From the IMG/VR virus record IMGVR_UViG_3300029258_004576: 36,076 nucleotides of DNA; one strand, written 5' to 3'. The stretch comes from a virus. The notes under the pieces are model-generated. The model saw nothing but the letters and a program-made list of their open reading frames with translations. It was not told where the DNA came from and did not search any database. This document shows, piece after piece, positions 19,243-28,742 of this stretch (position 1 is its first letter; every line of letters begins with the position of its first letter). The translations under genes and the position numbers were made by a program.

Positions 19243-20058
19243 TTAAATAAATTCCCTCATCCGAGTTCCAACCCACATGTCGTACGCTAATTGCTCAACC
19301 AAACCAGCATCCATCCAGCAATGTCCTTTGTCTCCCCACCGCTCACCCCACGAATTTCTAATCAAAAATCTCTCCTGATCCCCCACCGTAGACATACCAG
19401 TAATAATCATAGCGTGATTCCCCACACTGTCGTCCATATCTCGCCACGTATAGTTTCCACCCTTGTACCGGCAAAAATCTTTGGACACTGGGATAGCAAA
19501 CGCTACTGGATGATCCAACCTTATCGCAAACCGTATCTGCTCAAGCTTCTTATCCCCCTTGTCTTTGATTCGATAAAAGCTGTGGATCCTATTGTTACTC
19601 GCCATCGTATACAAATCCAAAGGAGGTAGCTTAAACAAATTCTCCTTCTTGTAAGGAAAATACTTCTCTTCGATTATGCCAATCTTTCGCAACTGAGTAA
19701 AAATGGCACGTAAGTACGTACCCTCGTCAACGTCAGTGGCTTTGTGCAACACCCTCGCCAACCTGTAAGCAAACATCCGGCTAAACTGTACAACAGCCTC
19801 TGGCCCCTGCTCCAGTCCCAACAGCATCTCAAACAAATCCACACCCGCATTAGCAGCACACGTACCAAAACTCCCCTGGTTGCTAACAGGTGTGTACTCA
19901 GGAATGATGTAGGTATCCGTCTCCGCCGTAGCTCTCTCCATCAACTTACTGTGTGTGCTATCAAACACCCTGTCCTTTGCTCCCCAATCTCTCTTTTTAC
20001 CGCCCGAATCAGGCATGTCGTCATCACGCAGTGCTTTACATACTTTTCCTTTATCCAC
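19243..20058 (-). CDS. Papain-like cysteine protease (peptidase C1)
   Basis: NQGSFGTC (oxyanion Gln, catalytic Cys), GNHAMIITG (His), IRNSWGERWGDKG (Asn). Confidence 0.92.
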   Translation of the reverse strand: MDKGKVCKALRDDDMPDSGGKKRDWGAKDRVFDSTHSKLMERATAETDTYIIPEYTPVSNQGSFGTCAANAGVDLFEMLLGLEQGPEAVVQFSRMFAYRLARVLHKATDVDEGTYLRAIFTQLRKIGIIEEKYFPYKKENLFKLPPLDLYTMASNNRIHSFYRIKDKGDKKLEQIRFAIRLDHPVAFAIPVSKDFCRYKGGNYTWRDMDDSVGNHAMIITGMSTVGDQERFLIRNSWGERWGDKGHCWMDAGLVEQLAYDMWVGTRMREFI

Positions 20059-20068
20059 GGAAACCTCC

Positions 20069-20383
20069 TCAATCCTTTATGACAAAAACAGTTGGGCAAG
20101 CCAAAACTTCAGCACAAGACGTGGCATCTCGAATGCATTCCGGATTTAAATAAACACCACCCTGGTCCTGGACAATACGACATGTATCCTCGAACTCCTC
20201 GCCATTCCGATTTACCCACAAAGGATCTCCTCGCCTGTCCCGACACTGTAACTTGACAATGTTCACCTCAGCCTCTCCACAAAGATCTGTGTCCTTGACG
20301 TCGGGAGTGGGGAATACTGGATCCTTTGCCGGACATCCAGCGATAAACAAACTCACCATCACCACTACCATCAATTGTTTCAC
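20069..20383 (-). CDS. Cys-rich putative lipoprotein
   Basis: KQLMVVVMVSLFIAG-C lipobox; six further Cys. Confidence 0.7.
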   Translation of the reverse strand: MKQLMVVVMVSLFIAGCPAKDPVFPTPDVKDTDLCGEAEVNIVKLQCRDRRGDPLWVNRNGEEFEDTCRIVQDQGGVYLNPECIRDATSCAEVLACPTVFVIKD

Positions 20384-20396
20384 GATTGTCCCCTTT

Positions 20397-20591
20397 CTAC
20401 TTGGGCATCTCCCAATGATCTGTGAAATTACCACGAGGTTTTTCCAGCTTGTTCACCTCACAAAACTCATTGACCAGCTCTGCTGCGATGCTCGACTCAT
20501 GCTTGGCACTAAACGTCACAGGCTTTTCCCTCGCTGTCAACCAAGCAGCAAACACATACAACGCTTCAGACGCTCTCTTATCCTCATCCAT
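20397..20591 (-). CDS. Hypothetical protein
   Basis: MDEDKRASEALYVFAAWLT..., start overlaps the end of thyX. Confidence 0.65.
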   Translation of the reverse strand: MDEDKRASEALYVFAAWLTAREKPVTFSAKHESSIAAELVNEFCEVNKLEKPRGNFTDHWEMPK

Positions 20592-21687
20592 TGCTTCCTT
20601 CTCCTTCCAAAAACCGTTCAGCCTGATCTTCATAAACAGATGGCATCTTCTTGTAAAATTTACCAAACAACTCTGTCATTATACCCCGGATAATCGGATG
20701 CGCAGCACTATCACATCTCATCTTGAATATATGACGCCATTCACGGAGATTTGCCCCAACAACTATCTCCGCTTTCAAACCAATCGGCAAACAAGCCCGC
20801 GCAAGCTGTGGATCTTCCCCGTCGACAAGCAACTCCAAATATGCTGCCTCACACTGCTCACCTATTTTTCTGTATTTAGCGTGGCTAGTTTCTTTTTTGA
20901 ACGGCTGATTTATCAAAGTAATCTCCGTGCCAAATTTGTCCTTACTATAATTACAGTACCGTGTACTTTCCTGCGCGTAAGAAGCCAGCCTATGGCGTAC
21001 CTGTTCGTGCGAATTACCCGACCACAAAGCCTTCCCATTACGACGCACATAGAGCAAACCATTAGGCACTGTCACACAGTAAACCTTGCCTTTGTAATGA
21101 CGTCTGCTCCAATTTTCTTTATGAAAAACATGACAATCTGTGTTCGGCAAGACACCACACTGAAATCTAACCACACGATTCTCAATCTCTGCAGCCTTGT
21201 CCACACCCCAATCATCAATTGTCAAACTGTTATGATCACATAACAACATGCGATGATCTGGAGTAACCGCAAAATCTACCTTCGAAGACAAACCATATAT
21301 CAATTCCCCATCCCATTCTTTCTCTACATATGCCGTCCTCTTCTGAAACTCTACAAAATGATCCTTCTCAATATTCAACGTAAAAAACTCATCCTCGTCA
21401 GAAGTATACTTGAACAACTTCCAGCCACTTCTGGTATATACCTCTGTCTGATCATCATAACAATTTCCACGATCTCCCACGACATGTGCCATCGCAAAAC
21501 CGAACTCCAACATGGCATGATGCCCTCGCTTAACTAGCTTCTTGATAAGCTTCGCAGCCGAGCCCTTTTTTATCTTCCCTTCACTCTTGTAGCAATTCCT
21601 CGCAGCTTTCTCTATCGCCTCTTCTGGCGTGCTACCATCTTCCGGCACAAAAAACGTCACGTCTACAGACGGGTCAATCATCTTCAT
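20584..21687 (-). CDS. thyX: FAD-dependent thymidylate synthase ThyX with mini-intein; about 217 aa after splicing
   Basis: RGHHAMLE, SHEQVRHRLASYAQESTRY signature, NLREWRHIFKMR, AAHPII. Confidence 0.95.
   Translation of the reverse strand: MKMIDPSVDVTFFVPEDGSTPEEAIEKAARNCYKSEGKIKKGSAAKLIKKLVKRGHHAMLEFGFAMAHVVGDRGNCYDDQTEVYTRSGWKLFKYTSDEDEFFTLNIEKDHFVEFQKRTAYVEKEWDGELIYGLSSKVDFAVTPDHRMLLCDHNSLTIDDWGVDKAAEIENRVVRFQCGVLPNTDCHVFHKENWSRRHYKGKVYCVTVPNGLLYVRRNGKALWSGNSHEQVRHRLASYAQESTRYCNYSKDKFGTEITLINQPFKKETSHAKYRKIGEQCEAAYLELLVDGEDPQLARACLPIGLKAEIVVGANLREWRHIFKMRCDSAAHPIIRGIMTELFGKFYKKMPSVYEDQAERFLEGEGSNG
21013..21462 (-). mobile_element. ThyX mini-intein (150 aa)
   Basis: DRGN|CYDDQTEV ... VTPDHRM ... 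VYCVTVPNG ... WSGN|SHE. Confidence 0.9.
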
Positions 21688-21714
21688 GGGTTTCTCCTCC
21701 TTGTTTAAATCTTA

Positions 21715-22119
21715 CTATTTGGATATTTCTCTTATCGCTTTTTTCTTAGGACGCTTCCTCGGTATCGTCAAATCTCTCCCTGGCGCGTCAATCTCACCCC
21801 TCGACATCAATGACTGCCCAGACGACACAGCACGCTGCCTGCTTAGCTCCAAGTACTCAGCCTCTGCCTTACCATCCCCCACAACAAAATGATGACGACA
21901 CAGCCTCTCAGGAGGGCTCCGAAACGCTACCGGATTACAACACCCCTCAACCTCGCAACTTTGTAAATTTAGATAATGAAAAAAACAGTACAACCCCACA
22001 TCAGTACGCTTCGCTCGCTCTGTACAACGTGGAAAAGAACAAGATCTGAAATACTCAAACTTATTCCACTGCTTCACCCTCTGCACAAACACCATGTCTA
22101 TCTTTGATTGATTTTTCAT
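21715..22119 (-). CDS. Cys/His-rich putative zinc-binding protein
   Basis: Two C-x4-C...C-x2-H units. Confidence 0.62.
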   Translation of the reverse strand: MKNQSKIDMVFVQRVKQWNKFEYFRSCSFPRCTERAKRTDVGLYCFFHYLNLQSCEVEGCCNPVAFRSPPERLCRHHFVVGDGKAEAEYLELSRQRAVSSGQSLMSRGEIDAPGRDLTIPRKRPKKKAIREISK

Positions 22120-22732
22120 GCACCATCCGTTCTAATCGCTCGCTAACCACCTTCATCTGCTCCGCCAAATCCCGACACCAACTACCCCGCCATTTTGCTT
22201 TTCTTTTAAACTTCCGATCCAATTTCTGCATCTCGACCAAATTATCAGTCGCAATCGTCGGCCAAATATCAAACCACGCAACATCATACTTCACATCACG
22301 AGGTGGACGCCATTTAAAAATATTTGCATGTATTATTTCAATCTTGTCCTTGCAAAACATCTCGTAATAATGAGGAGCAACCAAGTCTATAACGTCCTGA
22401 TTTTTCTCCACGATGGTAACGTGATCCACCTCCCACTTTAACAGCATCGCCTGAACCACAACGCCGAGCCCCAACCCAGCCACAAGACATCTCCCACGAG
22501 CCTCCCGGACAGGATCAATATGATCTCTTCTCTCCGCCTGCGTATCGCTCATAACCACAGCATCGCCTATCTCCAACCTCGTGTAATCACCTGGCTTCAC
22601 ATAACGCGAACCATCGATAATCCTCGACATATCCGACATCTGATCGTCTACACTGAACCTCCCTATGACTACGTCACCCTTGACCCCTTCAGGAACAGTA
22701 ATTTTCGGTATCAAATAATCCAAATAACACAT
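22061..22732 (-). CDS. SAM-dependent methyltransferase/spermidine-synthase-like protein
   Basis: VMSDT..E, LVAGLGLG, VTIVEKNQDVIDLV, YDVAWFDIW. Confidence 0.8.
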   Translation of the reverse strand: MCYLDYLIPKITVPEGVKGDVVIGRFSVDDQMSDMSRIIDGSRYVKPGDYTRLEIGDAVVMSDTQAERRDHIDPVREARGRCLVAGLGLGVVVQAMLLKWEVDHVTIVEKNQDVIDLVAPHYYEMFCKDKIEIIHANIFKWRPPRDVKYDVAWFDIWPTIATDNLVEMQKLDRKFKRKAKWRGSWCRDLAEQMKVVSERLERMVHEKSIKDRHGVCAEGEAVE

Positions 22733-22733
22733 T

Positions 22734-23255
22734 TTACCAGCTTCCCCCCAACGCTTTTTCCACGATTTCTTCCACTCGTTTTTTCGTCTTTGGATGCAAC
22801 TTTATTTTCCGAAAATTCTCCTCAAACCACGTCCAGCTCTCTCTGTCCGGCCACTTCCCCTCATAGGCCCGAGAAGCCCCAAACCAATCAGCCACCATCT
22901 CTCTTATCGCATTTTCCGGCATAGGCAATATCTTATCAACACCGCCATTCTGATCATACTTGACCCTGGAGATCCAGTACTCCCAGTGATGGTCATTATT
23001 GTTTTGGTGATGAACCCAACAACGCTCAAAATTACCAGGCTGATCCGCCTCCCCAAAGAACTGACGCCCGTAATGCACCAGCTCATACCTGCCAAACTTC
23101 GAAAGATCATGAGTAAGTAGTCGCCAAAAAGGACATCCAATTCGAACTCCTGCCAAAGCAACATAGAATTTGTGAGCTGCTGTGATCTTCGCATAACGCC
23201 AAGCGGGCACTATCCAACCCTTGCTCGATTCTGTTTTTAATCCACCTACCGACAT
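22734..23255 (-). CDS. HD-like protein (DUF5662-like)
   Basis: HK...HDLSK...HHQNNNDHHWEYW...EMVADW. Confidence 0.75.
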   Translation of the reverse strand: MSVGGLKTESSKGWIVPAWRYAKITAAHKFYVALAGVRIGCPFWRLLTHDLSKFGRYELVHYGRQFFGEADQPGNFERCWVHHQNNNDHHWEYWISRVKYDQNGGVDKILPMPENAIREMVADWFGASRAYEGKWPDRESWTWFEENFRKIKLHPKTKKRVEEIVEKALGGSW

Positions 23256-23456
23256 CTACTTCTCACCTTGTCTTTCTATCTCGGATAATCACAAGCAATT
23301 GCCCAAGATTGTTATGATGAATTTCCTCCGTACATCTATTACAAACACACGACCCCCAAAAATTATCATGCCAATCATTGAACTCAACCTGATATACCTT
23401 CTTCATCCTTACACCCACCTGTTAAAAAATCTACCTAACACCCTTTAGTCAAAACC

Positions 23457-23711
23457 CTATTTGCCATCTGCTCTCTGACCAGTGTTTTTGATAAGCTGAA
23501 TTGCCCGATCATCCCACAGCTCAATCATGTTCAAATCTTTCTCACAGCCAGTCGTCATAATACACATCGCATTATCGTACTTAACGAAAACCCATATATC
23601 GTTAACAGAAGACACCACGCCATCCTGGCATTCTGGATCATCAATTCCACCAGCATGACGTGGCACGTATCGAACTCTTTCCCCTTTTACAAAATCAAAA
23701 GGTCCCATCAA
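23457..23711 (-). CDS. Hypothetical protein, possibly chimeric
   Basis: 84-aa ORF; C-terminus KDLNMIELWDDRAIQ resembles the end of phage HAD-family proteins. Confidence 0.55.
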   Translation of the reverse strand: MMGPFDFVKGERVRYVPRHAGGIDDPECQDGVVSSVNDIWVFVKYDNAMCIMTTGCEKDLNMIELWDDRAIQLIKNTGQRADGK

Positions 23712-23911
23712 ATATCATCCTTTCTCACTCACCCCTCACTCTGACGAAATCAATCCGTTCCCTTTCTGTTATCTTTGCCCATCCTGTCTTGTATCTCTCT
23801 AAGTCTTTGTTCGATATTATTCAAAATGAGAATAACCACATACAATCCAATAAACAGAATTGATGCAAAAAGAATATAGAAAAAATTATCCATTACTTTC
23901 TATCCCTACTG

Positions 23912-24214
23912 CTATTTCAAGTATTGAAACAATATTGTAACAAGATGTCTTGCACACAATTTCCCACACTGTTCCTGACCGTGTGCATCCCTCGCCTCAA
24001 ACTCGTACACAACGTCAGCTCGATTGCCACAAAGAGCTAATTCAAACTCCGAATAATGACTGTCAATTATTTCAACCTCCGAATACCCAGCAGCGTTCAG
24101 AAATATTATCGCCCCATTCTCCTCCACGGTTACATACAAATACGTAAAAACCAGGACAACCAGAAGTGGACAAACAAAACAAACAATCACCACATCTCTT
24201 ACTCGTTTACTCAT
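23912..24214 (-). CDS. Membrane-anchored hypothetical protein
   Basis: N-terminal hydrophobic helix. Confidence 0.65.
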   Translation of the reverse strand: MSKRVRDVVIVCFVCPLLVVLVFTYLYVTVEENGAIIFLNAAGYSEVEIIDSHYSEFELALCGNRADVVYEFEARDAHGQEQCGKLCARHLVTILFQYLK

Positions 24215-24217
24215 CTT

Positions 24218-24721
24218 CTATTTCTCTTTTGGCCAACCCCAAACATCCAAATCATTCTCATCTGCTTCGTAAGAATTGACCCATTCCCATCCATTCACTC
24301 TGCAAAATTCTTCAGCTTCATCCTCTTCTTCAAACTGCTTGATCAACACACCCCTCAATGTCATCACTGAAAAACAATGACGAGGAGACAGATCTGACAA
24401 TTCAACTCTCTTACGACAAGGTTCAAACTCAATTTTTACCCTGATTTCCTTCGAAACTCTCAACCAATAACTCGCAATATTCGGCAATCGCTCAACCCCG
24501 AAATAACACGAGCAATTGAAGCACTCCCTAACCTCGGAATCCTGTACCTCAAATATCTCTGCCAAACTCTCCTCATCATAATGACTTCCACAATGCGGAC
24601 ATAACACCTCTTGGACACCATAGTACAAGACAAAAGCATCACGCATCGCTTCCAGCTGCTTGATACGTTTATTAGCCTTCTCTAACTGCTCCTGAAAATG
24701 CAAATACTTGCTATCACTCAT
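24218..24721 (-). CDS. Hypothetical zinc-ribbon protein
   Basis: CPHC ... CFNC. Confidence 0.7.
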   Translation of the reverse strand: MSDSKYLHFQEQLEKANKRIKQLEAMRDAFVLYYGVQEVLCPHCGSHYDEESLAEIFEVQDSEVRECFNCSCYFGVERLPNIASYWLRVSKEIRVKIEFEPCRKRVELSDLSPRHCFSVMTLRGVLIKQFEEEDEAEEFCRVNGWEWVNSYEADENDLDVWGWPKEK

Positions 24722-24724
24722 CCT

Positions 24725-25153
24725 TCAAATCTCCCCACAAACAGAAAACTCCGGCAAAGGATGACCATCGATACACGACCACCAATGAAGACAGAAAATG
24801 TGAGTATTCACATGCTTGTCTTTCGGAGGAATTACACTGATCGCATACTTGTCATCCCCGACAAAAATCTTCTTCACAAGTGCCATCTCATCATACGTCG
24901 GCATTCGTTTGGGATTCGAACAAGAAACATGAAGCCACAGCTTGTCGTCTCGCTCCATCGCAACACTGGCCGCAACCCTAAGCTTCCTCTTTTGATTCCA
25001 CCAAAATACCCCAGCAGCATTGAAGCCAATCATTTTCTCCCTCATCCAGCCAGGAGGAGGATTTATCTCGTGATACTCGCCATCTCCGATGTACAGCGAA
25101 ACTCCTCGCATACCTCTCGCAACAATCGGCCCATCATTCTCTGTGTATTCCAT
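24725..25153 (-). CDS. Conserved phage hypothetical protein
   Basis: WLHVSCS...RMPTYDEMALVKKIF...HVNTHIFCLHWW, a common phage motif. Confidence 0.8.
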   Translation of the reverse strand: MEYTENDGPIVARGMRGVSLYIGDGEYHEINPPPGWMREKMIGFNAAGVFWWNQKRKLRVAASVAMERDDKLWLHVSCSNPKRMPTYDEMALVKKIFVGDDKYAISVIPPKDKHVNTHIFCLHWWSCIDGHPLPEFSVCGEI

Positions 25154-25164
25154 CCTAACCCCTC

Positions 25165-25590
25165 TCAGGTCCTCTTACACTGCGGACAGACAGGAGGGCC
25201 ATCATACCCTGCGTGAACCTCTTCCCCCTTGATAGGCAGCTCTGTGCACCCACAGGGACACATTTCCTCATCACTATTATGCCAATCCATTATCTCACGG
25301 CCCAACTTTCTCACTAGATCCCGCTGGAGTTCCCTCCAGAAAACAACGTTCTCACCGCGTTCTCTCAACCGCTCACCCTCCACTACCTCACTCACGACAA
25401 ACGTTCCTTCTAATTTGAGAATAGTCACCTTAATAGTCAGACACTCAACACCCCAATTATCCCGTACCAATCTCACTGGCTTGAGCGATAACGATATTTC
25501 TGCCAAAGGAAACACCTCAAAGATCCCCATCTGCAACTTGGCCAATCTTTCAAACAACTTTTTGTTACTCAAACTCCTTGGTATCATCAC
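25165..25590 (-). CDS. Hypothetical protein
   Basis: 141-aa ORF, C-terminal CPCGC/CPQC. Confidence 0.68.
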   Translation of the reverse strand: MMIPRSLSNKKLFERLAKLQMGIFEVFPLAEISLSLKPVRLVRDNWGVECLTIKVTILKLEGTFVVSEVVEGERLRERGENVVFWRELQRDLVRKLGREIMDWHNSDEEMCPCGCTELPIKGEEVHAGYDGPPVCPQCKRT

Positions 25591-25613
25591 TCACCCCTGT
25601 TGAACTATATGAT

Positions 25614-26183
25614 CTATTTTTTTGGAATCAGAACAGTTGCCGCACCACTACGAGTCACCCGATTCTTCTCGTAATCAACAACCACCGGGCCTGGATACAC
25701 TGTGACTTTTGTCTCCACATAAACCGGCTCAATATTCCCACCTTCGCCCAGACACATAACCCAAGTAGCAGCAGTATTTTTACTGGCAAATATCCCGTTC
25801 GGCTCTGCCTGCTCTATCGAGGTAAGAGCACCATGACCATTCTCTTCTCCCTCGTTATCAACATCTGTAGCCACCAAAGGATTGGTCAAACTGGTATCAT
25901 ACGGAATACCGTAGCCATAGGAAGGACAATCCCCCTCAACAACACCATGATCAGAGCGCCACACCGAATGAGTTACCGAGTTTTTATTCCTCACCTGGTA
26001 CAGCTGTATCACAAGGTGCCGCTCTAGAGACCAATCAAAAGAGGGCATCGGCTGACCCTTCTCATACTGCGATTGCTGTAAGGACACTCGCTCGGCATCC
26101 CGGCTCTCCACCGTGGCCGACATATCACACCCAAGTACCGCCAAAAAAATCAAAAACATAACTACCATTACCACTTTAATCAT
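25614..26183 (-). CDS. Putative lipoprotein
   Basis: Signal peptide with lipobox VLG-C; YGIPYDTSLTNP and QAEPNG motifs. Confidence 0.8.
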   Translation of the reverse strand: MIKVVMVVMFLIFLAVLGCDMSATVESRDAERVSLQQSQYEKGQPMPSFDWSLERHLVIQLYQVRNKNSVTHSVWRSDHGVVEGDCPSYGYGIPYDTSLTNPLVATDVDNEGEENGHGALTSIEQAEPNGIFASKNTAATWVMCLGEGGNIEPVYVETKVTVYPGPVVVDYEKNRVTRSGAATVLIPKK

Positions 26184-26530
26184 TGAAGTCTCCCTTTTGC
26201 TGCTGCAATCCTAACCCTCGTTGCCGAAGCCTGTGCTTCGAGGTTGATTATTGTCGATGGTTCGAGATTTGCATTCGTTAATTTCCTCTGAATCTCTACC
26301 AAAACTGCTTCATCTGTCGCAATCTGAGCCTTTATCGATTCTGTTCTTTGATATGACCGCTCGAATACCTCGCGCTCAACCACGGTACTCCCGATCAAGC
26401 CAACACTTTTCAAACCAAAACCAACCACGCTCAAAAACACAACCACCGCCACAAACAACAACGCGAACTTCCTGAAAGTCCACCATGCCTCTTTGTGCAC
26501 CTCTTGCATATCCCCTCGATAGCTCATCAA
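26180..26530 (-). CDS. Membrane protein coupled to the lipoprotein gene
   Basis: One TM helix followed by coiled segment; ATGA overlap. Confidence 0.75.
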   Translation of the reverse strand: MMSYRGDMQEVHKEAWWTFRKFALLFVAVVVFLSVVGFGLKSVGLIGSTVVEREVFERSYQRTESIKAQIATDEAVLVEIQRKLTNANLEPSTIINLEAQASATRVRIAAAKGRLQ

Positions 26531-26618
26531 AATCCTCCTTCAAAACCTGTTATTTTATCTCGTACGTTTTCTATCTGCACACCAACCAACTCTCGCTAAT
26601 TTCTGGCTCTTTCTTCAA

Positions 26619-27578
26619 TCAAAAATCAAAGTCAGAACGTATTTCCCCACCAAGCTCTTTAGGAGCACCTTCCAAAGAGGTCAGCCTATTATTGCTACAA
26701 TAAAAACTTCCACCAACCTCTTTCGGCGCACCCCCCAAGGTTGTCAAACGATTGTTGCCACAAAAAAAATTCCTACCAACCTTTTGCGGAACACCCTTCA
26801 AAATTTCCAAATAATTACTACTGCAATCAAAAAAACCAGGAACCTCACTAGGCGCACCCTCTAAAGTTACCAAGCGATTGCCATTGCAATCAAAATCCCC
26901 ATGAATAGTTTCTGGTGCACCCTCTAAAGAAATTAGCTTGTTATCAGAACAATTGAAATTCACGCCAACCTTAAAATGGCCAGCAGGAACACCCTTGAGA
27001 GAAAAAAGCTCATTACCATTACAACAAAAACTACCATAAACCTTACCAGGGGCACCCTCCAAAGTTGTCAGCTTGTTATGAAAGCAATGAAAATCTTTGC
27101 CGACCACTTTTGGTGCACCCTTAAGAGAAGTCAACTGATTGTCAGAACAATCAAAGCTCCCACCAACCCACTGTGAGACACCCTCCAGAGTTGTCAAACG
27201 ATTACTACTGCAATCAAAACTCCCCACAACCTCCTGCGGAATACCCTTGAGAGAAACCAATTGATTGTTACTACAATCAAAATTCCCCAAAACCTCCCGT
27301 GGGACACCCTTGAGAGAAACCAACTGATTGTTACTACAATCAAAACCTCCACCAACCTTCTGTGGAAGACCCTCCAAGGAAGTCAACTCATTATGAGAAC
27401 AATCAAAACTTTCACGAATTTCTTTAATCAATGGCAACCTGGTTAACCGTAATCCTCCAAGATCCAGATCACCATCAACAACCCAGCCTTTAGGTGTCCA
27501 TGTGGCTCCGGCATTCACAAACCGATTCCCTATTCTGTCGAATCCAACCTCGCCATAATCAGGCTCTTTTGCTTTCAT
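26619..27578 (-). CDS. Leucine-rich repeat protein, about 13 repeats of 21 aa
   Basis: Consensus LTSLEGAPKEVGGxFxCSNNx. Confidence 0.9.
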   Translation of the reverse strand: MKAKEPDYGEVGFDRIGNRFVNAGATWTPKGWVVDGDLDLGGLRLTRLPLIKEIRESFDCSHNELTSLEGLPQKVGGGFDCSNNQLVSLKGVPREVLGNFDCSNNQLVSLKGIPQEVVGSFDCSSNRLTTLEGVSQWVGGSFDCSDNQLTSLKGAPKVVGKDFHCFHNKLTTLEGAPGKVYGSFCCNGNELFSLKGVPAGHFKVGVNFNCSDNKLISLEGAPETIHGDFDCNGNRLVTLEGAPSEVPGFFDCSSNYLEILKGVPQKVGRNFFCGNNRLTTLGGAPKEVGGSFYCSNNRLTSLEGAPKELGGEIRSDFDF

Positions 27579-27910
27579 GATTTTTCCTCTTGATTAAGGT
27601 CAGAACGTATTTCCCCACCAAGCTCTTTAGGAGCACCTTCCAAAGAGATCAGCTCATTATCTTGACAGTTAAAATTCCAACCAACCTCTTTCGGAGCACC
27701 CTCCAAAGTTATCAACCTATTATTAGAACAATAAAAGTCCCTACCAACTTTCTTAATCAACGGTAATCTAGTCAATCCTACTTCTTCAAGATCTAAATCA
27801 CCGTCGACAATCCATCCTTCAAGTCTCCATCTAGCCCTAGCATGTCTAATTCGATGCTTCACTAGCTCGATCCCACCCTCGCCATAGTCCGGCTCTTCTC
27901 TATCTTCCAT
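27575..27910 (-). CDS. Short LRR paralog (about 3 repeats)
   Basis: Same N-cap (EPDYGE..VDGDLDL..LTRLPLIK) and C-cap (SLEGAPKELGGEIRSD) as its neighbour. Confidence 0.85.
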   Translation of the reverse strand: MEDREEPDYGEGGIELVKHRIRHARARWRLEGWIVDGDLDLEEVGLTRLPLIKKVGRDFYCSNNRLITLEGAPKEVGWNFNCQDNELISLEGAPKELGGEIRSDLNQEEKS

Positions 27911-28034
27911 CGCCTCTCACTTCCTTCCAGCTCTCGCTAGGCCACCCTGTTAGTCACCCTATCGCAATAATCCTGCGAACTCAAGTTCATTTTTACAGTA
28001 CAAATACCAGGTGTAAAATCGGTAGGTTCCGAGG

Positions 28035-28286
28035 CTATATTGTCTGGTTTTTAGGATTCACCTGTGGGCTAAACTCGAACTCTACAAGCTCTCCCCCGTA
28101 ACCATCTTCTAACTTCTTTTTCGCCTCCACCATACCCTCTCTCAATGGCCAATACGAATCTGCATCACCGACAGCACACAATACACACTTTGTTCCATCA
28201 GTTTGACCAACTAGAAAAAACTTGTCCGGCCAGACCGTAATGCACGAATCAGTATCATTATCTATCTCAAACGTCACCATCTTCAT
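28035..28286 (-). CDS. Hypothetical protein
   Basis: Start MKMVTFE at 28286, inside the 42-bp repeat. Confidence 0.65.
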   Translation of the reverse strand: MKMVTFEIDNDTDSCITVWPDKFFLVGQTDGTKCVLCAVGDADSYWPLREGMVEAKKKLEDGYGGELVEFEFSPQVNPKNQTI

Positions 28287-28307
28287 CCTGTACCCTCTTC
28301 TTTCTTC
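28266..28307. repeat. 42-bp direct repeat, copy 1
   Basis: ctcaaacgtcaccatcttcatcctgtaccctcttctttcttc, identical at 28946..28987. Confidence 0.95.
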
Positions 28308-28353
28308 TTCACAATCATATTTTTTGACATCTGTCACATTCGAATCTAACAAC

Positions 28354-28728
28354 TCAAATGTATCCTATTTGCATAGTAGACGCGTAAACTGGCGACCTTT
28401 CAACATCAGACGTCAAATACTCTTTCGCCTTACTAATCCACGCATCAATCTCTAACTTATCACCACCAAACGTTTTGGCAATTTTGGCAATTTTAGAAAA
28501 GTCCGGCTTCATGCGACATTTCTTTTCCATGACCTCATAGGGGATATTTCTCAACAATCCATAAGCCAATAGATTGTTCCTGGAATGCTCCCTTACAACA
28601 GTCGTCCTGTGGCTATTGAGACCCCAGCGCATCATCCCTTTTGTCTTCCGTGCTTCCTGGCGAATAATCACAGACCTTGCTGCTAATGATTTTATCTTAA
28701 CCCTTAGATGTATTATACGTTCATTCAT
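28354..28728 (-). CDS. Basic phage hypothetical protein downstream of the RAPP leader
   Basis: AAGGAG RBS; MNERIIHLRVKIKSLAARSVIIRQE...HRTTVVRE...LAYGLLR. Confidence 0.82.
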   Translation of the reverse strand: MNERIIHLRVKIKSLAARSVIIRQEARKTKGMMRWGLNSHRTTVVREHSRNNLLAYGLLRNIPYEVMEKKCRMKPDFSKIAKIAKTFGGDKLEIDAWISKAKEYLTSDVERSPVYASTMQIGYI

Positions 28729-28742
28729 CGTCTTTCTCCTTT

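Noticed and set aside
26619-27910. Diversity-generating retroelement target/template pair
   Set aside because: There is no reverse transcriptase in the window, and the shared 49 bp are identical rather than adenine-mutated.
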